From: a virus
Lineage: Duplodnaviria > Caudoviricetes
Direction: 5' to 3' (one strand)
Length of the DNA stretch: 64,000 nt
IMG/VR virus record: IMGVR_UViG_3300021255_003284
Location: 32,001-96,000 of that record
Shown piece after piece: positions 10,169 through 18,213 of this stretch. A program made the position numbers and the translations under genes. Below the pieces are notes generated by a model. That model saw nothing but the letters and a program-made list of their open reading frames with translations, was not told the DNA's origin and ran no database searches. Within the stretch, counting starts at the first letter, position 1. The number at the start of each line of letters is the position of its first letter.

Positions 10169-10363
10169 ATGAAAATCGTTCCTAATCCGGATCCCCAGTT
10201 CGTTGCCGACATCAAGCAGCGATTGAAAGAGCGCAACGGATACTGCCCCTGCCAGATCGATAAGACGCCCGATACGAAATGCCGCTGTAAGGCGTTCCGA
10301 GACCAGATCAAGAGAGGGGAGGAAGGCGAGTGCCACTGCGGTCTGTGGATCGCGGTGAAATGA
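10169..10363 (+). CDS. ferredoxin:thioredoxin/disulfide reductase catalytic-subunit-like protein
   Basis: 64 aa with CPC...CRC...CHCGL, the FTR-c Cys signature. Confidence 0.78.
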   Translation: MKIVPNPDPQFVADIKQRLKERNGYCPCQIDKTPDTKCRCKAFRDQIKRGEEGECHCGLWIAVK

Positions 10364-10455
10364 TTCCGCGCGCCTGTGTTGTCGTCGTCTGTCTCATCAT
10401 CATGACAGAGGTGCTTTACGTGCTATTCAACGAGCGAAAGCCGCCGAGGTATTGA
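10360..10455 (+). CDS. small membrane peptide (31 aa)
   Basis: MIPRACVVVVCLIIMTEVLYVLFNERKPPRY; ATGA overlap upstream; stop 1 nt before the next ATG; not in the supplied ORF track. Confidence 0.4.
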   Translation: MIPRACVVVVCLIIMTEVLYVLFNERKPPRY

Positions 10456-10456
10456 G

Positions 10457-11019
10457 ATGGACACGAGACCGTACGATATCATATACGCCGATCCGCCGTG
10501 GCCTCAGAAGAAAGTCGTTCGTAAAGTCAGACCGAATCAAAAGCCTGAACTCGACTATCATACCGAACCGGTCGAGCGGTGCATCGAACTGTGCGTTCCC
10601 TTCTTTAATAAGGCCGCGCCGAAACACAACGTCTTTATGTGGGCGATCGACAAATTCATTCCCGACACCGAACGGCTCATGGCCGATCTCGGCTACAAGG
10701 TACACGCCCGGCTCATCTGGGACAAAACCAACGGCATACCGGCCGCGCGGACCGTTCGCTTCAGCCACGAGTATCTGCTGTGGTTCTTCAAGCGGGGGGG
10801 CTCCTCTATCCGCGTCCGGAAGCGATCGGCAAATACACCACTGTCATGCGCGAAAAGTCAACAGTCCATTCCCGAAAGCCGCAGTGCGCCTACGAGATGC
10901 TCGAGGACATGTTCCCGGACGCGCACAAAATCGAATTGTTCTGCCGCACGCCGCGGCCCGGCTGGGACGCGTGGGGCGACGAGGTACCGCCTGAAATCGC
11001 CGTAAATATCCAGGAATGA
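10457..11019 (+). pseudogene. MT-A70-family adenine methyltransferase, frameshifted at a G7 tract
   Basis: YDIIYADPPW...WDK...SHEYLL in one frame; HSRKP...IELF.R..RPGWDAWGDE in another; the switch is at G7 10794-10800. Confidence 0.85.
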
Positions 11020-11063
11020 CAAAAACTTAAACGAAATTCCGCAAAACGGAGGGATTGCAGAAA

Positions 11064-11543
11064 ATGATTGAAATCAACCTGACCAACACGGAATCGGTCA
11101 AGCCGGTCGAGATACCACTCAGGCATCTCGATCATGAATCAAAAACGCCCACGCACGGGTCTCCTTATTCCGCTGGATATGATCTGTATGCTCAGGTCGG
11201 CGACGAACCTCTCGTCATATGGCAGGGCGATACGCGCCTCGTTCACACCGGCATCTCTATTGCACTTCCAAACTGGTGCTTTGGTGCAATTTTTGCACGT
11301 TCCGGCCTGGCGAAGTGCAAAGGATTGAGACCGGCCAACTGTGTCGGTGTCATCGACTCTGACTATCGCGGCGAGATCATGGTCGCGCTGCACAACGACT
11401 CTCAGGAACGCCAGGAGATCCGCACCGGTGACCGTATCGCTCAGCTCGTCGTGATCCCATTCCTTCCGATCTCGTTCATCGAAGTCGACTCGCTCGAAGA
11501 GACGGACAGAGGGATCGGCGGTTTCGGCAGCACGGGGGTGTGA
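11064..11543 (+). CDS. dut: trimeric dUTPase
   Basis: AGYDL, ARSGLA, GVIDSDYRGEI, GDRIAQL, RGIGGFGSTG. Confidence 0.95.
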   Translation: MIEINLTNTESVKPVEIPLRHLDHESKTPTHGSPYSAGYDLYAQVGDEPLVIWQGDTRLVHTGISIALPNWCFGAIFARSGLAKCKGLRPANCVGVIDSDYRGEIMVALHNDSQERQEIRTGDRIAQLVVIPFLPISFIEVDSLEETDRGIGGFGSTGV

Positions 11544-11547
11544 CACG

Positions 11548-11907
11548 ATGGACAAGCCTGATGTGGATAAGTTGTTGACCGGCCTGAGGGCTTGCCTCAG
11601 TTTTGGCGGCGAATTGGGCGATGTGACGCCGCTCTGTGAATCATATCCGTACTGCGACGACGATATCGGTACATGCGGCTCGATCGAGGAAATGCTCAGC
11701 GACGCGCTTGTCGTTTCAACTTTGTACGCAGAGCTTCGCAGTGAGCTGGCAGACACATTGAGCGATCTGGTGACGGTCGACTGCGACCTCAACGCGAAAG
11801 AGCTCGTGAACTTCCTGATCCGCTTGTCAAACATTATTGAAAAGAGAGTCATGCAAGAGCTCGATACAGAGCAAAGACAATCATTTAAGCGCTCGATCAG
11901 TCAATGA
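11548..11907 (+). CDS. hypothetical phage protein
   Basis: Tightly packed ORF; N-terminus resembles ORF 2483. Confidence 0.55.
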   Translation: MDKPDVDKLLTGLRACLSFGGELGDVTPLCESYPYCDDDIGTCGSIEEMLSDALVVSTLYAELRSELADTLSDLVTVDCDLNAKELVNFLIRLSNIIEKRVMQELDTEQRQSFKRSISQ

Positions 11908-12133
11908 CATACACATCCCCGTCCATATGGAACGCAGTCTCTCCGGCCTCGTTGGTAAGGATGAAGTCTGCTTCTCGCTCCGTCTCTGGCAACACGCACC
12001 CGTTACCAACGATCATATCGCCATCCCGGTTGACATCACGTATGTCATGGACAAGGAGACCGCGCAGATTATCTCCGTCATAACGGTAGGTAATCTCAGT
12101 AAATTCGACCCCGTTTATAACAACGCCATTCAT
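11897..12133 (-). CDS. small acidic hypothetical protein, counter-oriented (moron-like)
   Basis: SD GGGAG before ATG 12133; own promoter. Confidence 0.6.
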   Translation of the reverse strand: MNGVVINGVEFTEITYRYDGDNLRGLLVHDIRDVNRDGDMIVGNGCVLPETEREADFILTNEAGETAFHMDGDVYVID

Positions 12134-12163
12134 AGTATCACGCTCCCAATTTGATCTGTATAT

Positions 12164-12192
12164 ATTATAACAGACGCAACGACAGATAGCAA
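12164..12192 (-). promoter_or_regulatory. sigmaA-type promoter
   Basis: TTGCTA-17-TATAAT with TG extended -10 on the minus strand. Confidence 0.72.
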
Positions 12193-12234
12193 GCATAACC
12201 TAAGCAATGGATTGCTTAGGTGTGAACGGAAAGG

Positions 12235-12558
12235 ATGAAGACAGTGCGACTGATTGATGCAGATGCGCTAAAAGAGACGTTCGGCGCACGCCCGCTCATC
12301 TGGTTCGACACACCTAAAAATGTTCAAGCTGTCAAAAGCTGGGACAGAGCCATGGACCTTATCAACAAATCTCCAACAGTCGATGCCGTATTGGTCGATC
12401 CGCTTTGCGAATTTCTCGCCAGCAACTACGAACCATTTTACGACCTCGACGAGATACAGGATCTGAGGTGGCCGATCGACCACGAACAGCAGAAAATGGC
12501 GTGGATGAAATTCCTGAAGAATAAGTTCGCGCCCGAGAAGCGTGACCAAGGAGCGTAA
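12235..12558 (+). CDS. hypothetical phage protein (RLIDADAL-type N-terminus)
   Basis: ORF within the operon; RLIDADAL...PTVDAV is a recurring small Firmicute phage protein pattern. Confidence 0.6.
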   Translation: MKTVRLIDADALKETFGARPLIWFDTPKNVQAVKSWDRAMDLINKSPTVDAVLVDPLCEFLASNYEPFYDLDEIQDLRWPIDHEQQKMAWMKFLKNKFAPEKRDQGA

Positions 12559-12560
12559 AC

Positions 12561-12851
12561 ATGATCGAAACGACAATAAACTATTGTGATCCGGACTGGG
12601 CGTTCGTGTCCAGCGACGAGCGGCGTTGGCACAATGCTATAGCCAAACTCGCAAAAGACAATCCGAACGAGTGTATCATCATCAAGACCCCGGAAGAGAA
12701 CGACGGCGTGATTTACGCGAAATTTCCGCCCAAATGGGTACGCATCAGGCCGCCCAAGCAACTGAACCTGACGGATGAGGAAAAGCAAAATCGCACCCAA
12801 AAACTTCGAGAATCTCGACGGAACAAAACATCAGACAGCGACGATGTCTGA
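12561..12851 (+). CDS. hypothetical phage protein
   Basis: SD AAGGAG; packed within the operon. Confidence 0.6.
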   Translation: MIETTINYCDPDWAFVSSDERRWHNAIAKLAKDNPNECIIIKTPEENDGVIYAKFPPKWVRIRPPKQLNLTDEEKQNRTQKLRESRRNKTSDSDDV

Positions 12852-12862
12852 CAGGAGGAATT

Positions 12863-13918
12863 ATGAGTCAATCCATACGTAAACTCGCGTCCATTCAGGT
12901 CGTCCACGGGATCGAACAGATCAAAGACGCGGATCGGATCGAGCTAGCGCATGTGCTCGGCTGGCAGTGCGTCGTGAACAAAGATCAGTTCAAGCGCGGC
13001 GATCTCGCCGTCTACTTTGAGATCGACAGCTTCCTGCCGATCCGTCCTGAGTTTGAATTTCTGCGTCAAAGCAGCTACAAGAATACGGACATCATGGGCG
13101 AGGGGTTCCGGCTCAAAACAATGAAGTTTCGCGGGCAGGTGTCTCAGGGTCTCCTTTTGCCGCTCTTTGTGTTCCCGGAGATCCCGGACGACGCAAAGGC
13201 CGGGATGGATGTGACGCGCCTGCTCGGCGTCAAAAAGTGGGAGATAGAAGAACGCGCTACGACAGGCGGTACGGTCATCGGCGCGCTGCCGCCCGATGTG
13301 CCGCATACAGACGAGCCGCGCGTTCAAGCCTACCCGGAACTGATCCAGGCTTTTGCCGGCAAGGAGTATTACATCACCACAAAGATGGATGGGTCGTCCC
13401 ACTCCCTGTCCATCGACGAAAACGGCTTCCATGTGACCGGCCACAATTTTGAGTACAAGGACGACGACTCAAGCGCATTCTACCGCTTCGTCAACGCCAA
13501 CGGCTACAGAGCTCGCATGGAGGATTTTGTTGCGAAGCACGGCGTCAAAACGCTCACTATTCAGGGCGAGTTCTGTGCGCCAGGCATCCAACAAAACAGG
13601 CTCCGCCTGACACGCCCGAAATGGTACGTGTTCACCATCCGTGTCGACGGCCAACGTGTCGGCTTGTGCGACATGCTCGACATAACCGAAGAGCTCGAAA
13701 TGGAGCATGTCCCCGTTGAAGAGGTTGGCAACGACCTTCCGTCGAAATATTCGACAGTTGAGGCGCTTCTTGAGCGAGCGGACGGAGACTATCCCAACGG
13801 CGGAAAGAAAGAGGGCATCGTGATCAGGCCGACCGAGCCGGTGTTTTGCCCGCTGATCAGCGCCAGCCTGTCCATGAAGATCGTCAGCAACAAATACCTG
13901 CTCAAAAACGACGGTTGA
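12863..13918 (+). CDS. ATP-dependent RNA ligase (Rnl2/DRB0094-like) with N-terminal OB domain
   Basis: RKLASIQ...ADRIE...EIDS...SQGL; motif I KMDGSS, QGEF, EGIV, K..SN.YL. Confidence 0.87.
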   Translation: MSQSIRKLASIQVVHGIEQIKDADRIELAHVLGWQCVVNKDQFKRGDLAVYFEIDSFLPIRPEFEFLRQSSYKNTDIMGEGFRLKTMKFRGQVSQGLLLPLFVFPEIPDDAKAGMDVTRLLGVKKWEIEERATTGGTVIGALPPDVPHTDEPRVQAYPELIQAFAGKEYYITTKMDGSSHSLSIDENGFHVTGHNFEYKDDDSSAFYRFVNANGYRARMEDFVAKHGVKTLTIQGEFCAPGIQQNRLRLTRPKWYVFTIRVDGQRVGLCDMLDITEELEMEHVPVEEVGNDLPSKYSTVEALLERADGDYPNGGKKEGIVIRPTEPVFCPLISASLSMKIVSNKYLLKNDG

Positions 13919-13927
13919 TAAAAAAAA

Positions 13928-13965
13928 AGGCGGGCCGGAATCAAATCCGGACCCGCCTGCTTTTT
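13928..13965 (+). terminator. intrinsic terminator (possibly bidirectional)
   Basis: AGGCGGGCCGGA-atcaaa-TCCGGACCCGCCT, then TTTTT; A-tract upstream. Confidence 0.72.
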
Positions 13966-13977
13966 AGGAGTGATTAT

Positions 13978-14172
13978 ATGGATATACCGATCAGTGAGAA
14001 ATTCGTTCTATCCGTCAGCGAAGCCGCCGCATACTTTCGTATCGGCGAGGGCAAGCTCAGACGGATCATACAAAACAATAAGTCGGCCAAATACATCTTG
14101 TGGAATGGAAATCGCCCGCAGATTAAAAGAGCTCTTTTCGAATCGTTCATCGAAAATTTAAGTCATATATGA
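13978..14172 (+). CDS. xis: excisionase (Tn916 Xis-like)
   Basis: IPISEKFVLSVSEAAAYFRIGEGKLR...NGNR..IKR; immediately upstream of the integrase. Confidence 0.85.
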   Translation: MDIPISEKFVLSVSEAAAYFRIGEGKLRRIIQNNKSAKYILWNGNRPQIKRALFESFIENLSHI

Positions 14173-14173
14173 A

Positions 14174-14202
14174 TTGCATACTCATCTGCGCCGTGTTATA
14201 AT
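14174..14202 (+). promoter_or_regulatory. sigmaA-type promoter for int
   Basis: TTGCAT-17-TATAAT with TG extension; SD AAGGAGG follows. Confidence 0.72.
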
Positions 14203-14246
14203 ATCTTTGCATATCGCGGCGCGTCTTTCGGAGAAGGAGGATTTAC

Positions 14247-15572
14247 ATGTCGGAGAAAAGACGCGACAAAAGGGGGAGAATCTTACAGACAGGAGAACGT
14301 CAGCGCAGCGACGGTATGTATGAATATCGCTATATCGATGCGTCAGGCGTCAAGCGCAGCGTATACAGCTGGCTGCTTGTACCAAGCGACAAAGCGCCAA
14401 GCGGCAAGCGTGCCACCGAGGCGCTGCGCGATATGGAGCGGCGCATCGCGCGCGACCTCGCGGATGGGATCAATGAAAGCGCGCTCGGAAAGCAGACGCT
14501 CAACGAAGCGATCGAATCGTATTACGGCCGCCGCAGCGACATCAGGCCTGCAACGCGCCGCACATACAGCGTGCTGTATCGCCTTTATGTGCGCGACACG
14601 ATCGGCAGTAAGCCTGTGACGAAGATCTGTTTCACTGACGTACTCGGTCTGTACACGGAAATGTTGCTCAAGCGCGGCCTGAGTAGGAGCACGGTACAAT
14701 CACTCGACGCGATGATGAAGCCTGTATTCAACATGTATGTCCGCGCCGGTGCGATCCGTTCAAACCCTCTGAACGGGGTCATGCGCGACGTGGGCCGCAC
14801 GAAGGATAAGGTCGTACGCCATCGTAATGCGCTGACCAAAGACCAGCAGGACACACTTCTGAACTACTGCGTACACAGCAAGGTATTCGCATCAAGCCTT
14901 CCGATGATCATATTCTTGCTCGGTACCGGATGCAGATATGGCGAAGCTACCGCACTGACATGGGACGACTGTGACTTTGACACCGGATCCATCAGGATCC
15001 ACCGCACGCTGTCGTATCTTCCAGATGAAAACGGTCGTTGCAAGTGGATGCTCGGACCGACAAAGACTGCTCACAGTACGCGAGTTATCCCAATGATCGA
15101 AGATGTCAAGCGGGTGCTCCTCGATATAAAGGCGTCGCAAGAACTTAGCGGAAAGCGTGGTGCCGAGGTCGACGGTGTGATGAACTTCGTATTTCTGAAC
15201 AGCAATGGCAATAACCCATTGCAAAGCTGTTTTGATATGACATTGAAGAGCATCTGCGATTCATACAACCGAATCGAAACGACACTCGCCGCCGAACAGC
15301 ATCGCCAGCCGAATCTGCTTCCACGCATATCGGCACACATCTTCCGACATACGTTCTGCGTCAGACTGTGCGAGAACGGCGTTGACATCAAGATTGTTCA
15401 GGAGCTGATGGGGCATGCCAGTATCGGCGTCACGATGGATATCTACAATGAAGCCACGCTTGAACGCAAGCAATCCAGCCTCGTCTCGGTCGGCGACAAG
15501 CTCAACCTCAACATCGGCCTTGCATCGCAACATACCCACTTTTCTACCACTTCAGACCGCGAAGTTACGTGA
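14247..15572 (+). CDS. int: tyrosine integrase, Tn916-like
   Basis: Arm-binding N-terminus RRDKRGRIL..GE.QR.DG.Y.YRY; GCRYGE, HIFRHTF, MGHASIGVTMDIY. Confidence 0.94.
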   Translation: MSEKRRDKRGRILQTGERQRSDGMYEYRYIDASGVKRSVYSWLLVPSDKAPSGKRATEALRDMERRIARDLADGINESALGKQTLNEAIESYYGRRSDIRPATRRTYSVLYRLYVRDTIGSKPVTKICFTDVLGLYTEMLLKRGLSRSTVQSLDAMMKPVFNMYVRAGAIRSNPLNGVMRDVGRTKDKVVRHRNALTKDQQDTLLNYCVHSKVFASSLPMIIFLLGTGCRYGEATALTWDDCDFDTGSIRIHRTLSYLPDENGRCKWMLGPTKTAHSTRVIPMIEDVKRVLLDIKASQELSGKRGAEVDGVMNFVFLNSNGNNPLQSCFDMTLKSICDSYNRIETTLAAEQHRQPNLLPRISAHIFRHTFCVRLCENGVDIKIVQELMGHASIGVTMDIYNEATLERKQSSLVSVGDKLNLNIGLASQHTHFSTTSDREVT

Positions 15573-15761
15573 ACTTATGAGAACTTATGAGAGGTTCCCC
15601 GCCGACACAACGTCCGCAATACAGCCAAAGTGCCCGTATCACGGACATTTTCTACTCGATACTGGGTTAAATATGTTTTAATACCCACCCTCGCCAAACC
15701 TCCCACACCACGGACGATTCGCGCTACCAGCATCTGTTTCTACCACTTTTTTACCACTTTT
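15533..15761. repeat. probable attP: arm-type and Xis-type repeats
   Basis: TACC(C)ACTT twice at 15533-15552 and twice at 15741-15761; tandem GAACTTATGA x2 at 15571-15590; AT-rich stretch near 15665-15683. Confidence 0.6.
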
Positions 15762-15866
15762 GCTTATAAGGCCGCCGCGATATGCACCACTCGGCAGTCA
15801 TTTCATATAGATGCCGGACAAAGATCCGGCTTACATCCATTCCTCAAACCAGATTGCAATGAACGG

Positions 15867-15905
15867 AAAAAACAAGCCGGCATCACGCCAGCTTGCTATA
15901 TTTTT
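15867..15905. terminator. bidirectional terminator between the converging int and late transcripts
   Basis: AAAAAA-CAAGCCGGC-atcac-GCCAGCTTG followed by a T-rich tract. Confidence 0.6.
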
Positions 15906-15928
15906 ATTTGATACTATCGAAACATATT

Positions 15929-16948
15929 CTATACCGCCTCGATGTCCCCGACCTTTACAGCGGCCATCAGTTTGAACTTCCCATCTTCGCTCTCGCCAAG
16001 CGTTACCTTATCATCGTCAACAGAATATATCCGCCACGTCTTTCCAAGGACCCACGGCTGGATGCTGACGCCCGAGTAATATGCCGTACCTGTAATACGC
16101 ACGACCCGACCGGCAGAAATCACACCATCGTCAGAGGCGCTGCGTTCATCGTCGATCATGCCGAGCTCTCGCATCATGGCCATGTGCGTCTTTGCCCCAT
16201 ATTCGCCATCCGGGACTAATCCAGAGCGGGTCTGAAACGCTGCGACAAGCCTCATGATCTTTGGTGTGCATTCCACGCTATCACGTTTGGGACTCAGGCC
16301 AACCTTTGACAGGGCGAGGCATAGTTGCAGCACATCGTCCCCGGTCGTGCCCTCCGTCAGTGTGCGTGTGCCGAGCGTCGTGAACGGACTGCATTCGAGA
16401 CAGGCCGGCGCGTCTGTCGTTTCACCGTAGTCGACCCACGGCAAATCCATCCATTCCCGCCACGCCCCGTCTATAACGCGCGACTTTGCGCATCCGCCTT
16501 TATCTCTACTCCAGTAGACGATATGTCCGCCACCAACATATACGCCGATGAGCTTGTCATTAAGCAGCGCCACTCCCGGCCTCTCTGGCAGGGTGTCGAT
16601 CGGCATAGGGCACACACCGTATCTTTCCGCGCACAGTATCCTAAAAGCCGCGAGTGAAACATCCATCAAGCCATGCAATCCTGGAACCGCGTCGTGCGCC
16701 CCAAGGTCGGTCCACACAGCGCCCTTGATCGCGCCAATCGAATCGGAGCAGATTTGCCCCTCAATGATGTCCTTCTGCGCGTATTTACAAAACTTATCCG
16801 CATAAAAAGCACAATACGCGGCCTTAAGCTTATCCAGTAGTTGGGCAGTGCATCGGAAACATGAGGTGGCGTACCAGAACGGACGATGGAGCGCGGCCTG
16901 TTTGTTTAGCCACTCTGTGTATGCCGGGGCTGTAAAAATCTTTTTCAC
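15929..16948 (-). CDS. endolysin-like protein: degenerate NlpC/P60-CHAP-like domain, peptidoglycan-binding domain and SH3-like tail
   Basis: Paralogous to the second half of 24667-26220; GDDVLQL...FQ..SGL.PDG.YG.KT; probable GTG start with SD GGGAG. Confidence 0.65.
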   Translation of the reverse strand: MKKIFTAPAYTEWLNKQAALHRPFWYATSCFRCTAQLLDKLKAAYCAFYADKFCKYAQKDIIEGQICSDSIGAIKGAVWTDLGAHDAVPGLHGLMDVSLAAFRILCAERYGVCPMPIDTLPERPGVALLNDKLIGVYVGGGHIVYWSRDKGGCAKSRVIDGAWREWMDLPWVDYGETTDAPACLECSPFTTLGTRTLTEGTTGDDVLQLCLALSKVGLSPKRDSVECTPKIMRLVAAFQTRSGLVPDGEYGAKTHMAMMRELGMIDDERSASDDGVISAGRVVRITGTAYYSGVSIQPWVLGKTWRIYSVDDDKVTLGESEDGKFKLMAAVKVGDIEAV

Positions 16949-16984
16949 GAAAGTCTCCCGTTGACATACAGTCCGCAATATAGC

Positions 16985-17473
16985 TTAAGAGATTTCATCG
17001 GTCAATACGACCTGTTCCACATCTTCGCCTGTCCACTCGCCGGAGTGCGCACTGGTGAACCTGTACAGTATGCTGTCAAACATGACATAGTTGCCGGCCG
17101 AATACGACGCAGAAGAGTCGAACTCCCTCGCCAGCGCGCCGCGGATGTCGGCAAGGCTCCCTGCCGCAAAAGACATGAACATATTGAGCGTGTTCAGCTC
17201 ATTCCTGACGTATGCGAACGAATCGATTATATCGCGCGTAATGACAGCCGCTTCAACATCGTTCTCGTCCCAATCGCCGCTGTGATCGTTTTCAAAGCGA
17301 TACAGCACTCCCTCGTACCACACATGATCGTCCGTCTTGTATTCTGTGTCTTCGTCAAACTGTCCAGCGATGGCGTCAACGACGCCGGCTGGCACGTCGC
17401 CTCCTCCGCCGCCGACGACATAAGTGTTTTTCAACGCCGAAGACTTGACCTGTTTCAAATTGACCTTTGCCAT
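16985..17473 (-). CDS. protein with two aromatic-rich carbohydrate-binding-like repeats
   Basis: FDEDTEYKTDDHVWYEGVLYRF..DHSGDW and FDSSASYSAGNYVMFDSILYRF..AHSGEW. Confidence 0.6.
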   Translation of the reverse strand: MAKVNLKQVKSSALKNTYVVGGGGGDVPAGVVDAIAGQFDEDTEYKTDDHVWYEGVLYRFENDHSGDWDENDVEAAVITRDIIDSFAYVRNELNTLNMFMSFAAGSLADIRGALAREFDSSASYSAGNYVMFDSILYRFTSAHSGEWTGEDVEQVVLTDEIS

Positions 17474-17617
17474 CTAACCACCATCCTTCTATACAATATA
17501 ATTATCTCATTGCTGAGTGAAATATCTGTTTTTATAAGCTGCAAAATGCCGGTCCCGGCAATAACACCGGGGCCGGCGCGTCTTAATGTAATAAAGCCCG
17601 GCGCAGCCGGACTGTCC

Positions 17618-17845
17618 TTATTCTTCCGTTACTTCTGCGGGCGTTTCCGTATATCCGACGTTCGCCGAGTCAACCAGCCCTTCGCCGATGATATACGCCA
17701 TGGCCGCCGCACCAGCCATGATGATCGCAGTTACCTGAACCGCCGTTTCCTGTGAACCGTTGAATGCCAGCACGAGGTTCGTCACCAGCGCGCAGATCGC
17801 GGCCCAAAATTTTCTGCTTGTTAGTTTTCTCTTCCAATCGATCAT
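17618..17845 (-). CDS. phage holin
   Basis: MIDWKRKLTSRKFWAA..., two TM segments, YIIGEG.VD; SD GGGAGG. Confidence 0.8.
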   Translation of the reverse strand: MIDWKRKLTSRKFWAAICALVTNLVLAFNGSQETAVQVTAIIMAGAAAMAYIIGEGLVDSANVGYTETPAEVTEE

Positions 17846-17872
17846 GTTTGCGCCTCCCGACAATTCTTAGTA

Positions 17873-18196
17873 TCACCGGCGATCCCAATAAGGATCGATA
17901 TACTCCGCGGGATAATGGCCGGAATACCTGTCTTCGGGATAACCGCGGCTGATGAGTCGACCCATCATGGGACCGCGATACCGCGCGCCAGACATATTGC
18001 CGCCGCGTTCCTCACTGTCTTCAGCGCCGACCATCGCGTAATAAGTCTCGGCGCTCTTCAAGGCGTGAAACAGCGTCCTGACGCGTTCGGCGTCCTGCGA
18101 AGTCATTTCCTCTTCGTTAGCGTACTTCTTATTGAGCTTATCCAGCTCCTTGCACATGACGTGCTCAAGATTCTCAAAGCGCTTATGTTCTGCCAT
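17873..18196 (-). CDS. hypothetical protein (six-gene cluster, gene 6)
   Basis: Strong SD GAGGAGGAG; helical N-terminus and R/G/Y-rich tail. Confidence 0.7.
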   Translation of the reverse strand: MAEHKRFENLEHVMCKELDKLNKKYANEEEMTSQDAERVRTLFHALKSAETYYAMVGAEDSEERGGNMSGARYRGPMMGRLISRGYPEDRYSGHYPAEYIDPYWDRR

Positions 18197-18213
18197 TCCG
18201 AACTCCTCCTCTC

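Noticed and set aside
13978-15572. A Tn916-like conjugative transposon inserted in the phage
   Set aside because: Only xis and int are present; there are no relaxase, T4SS or cargo genes, and both flanks are phage genes.
15533-15761. Short repeats as a mini-CRISPR array
   Set aside because: Repeats are 8-11 bp and irregularly spaced, there are no cas genes, and they fit integrase arm and Xis sites better.
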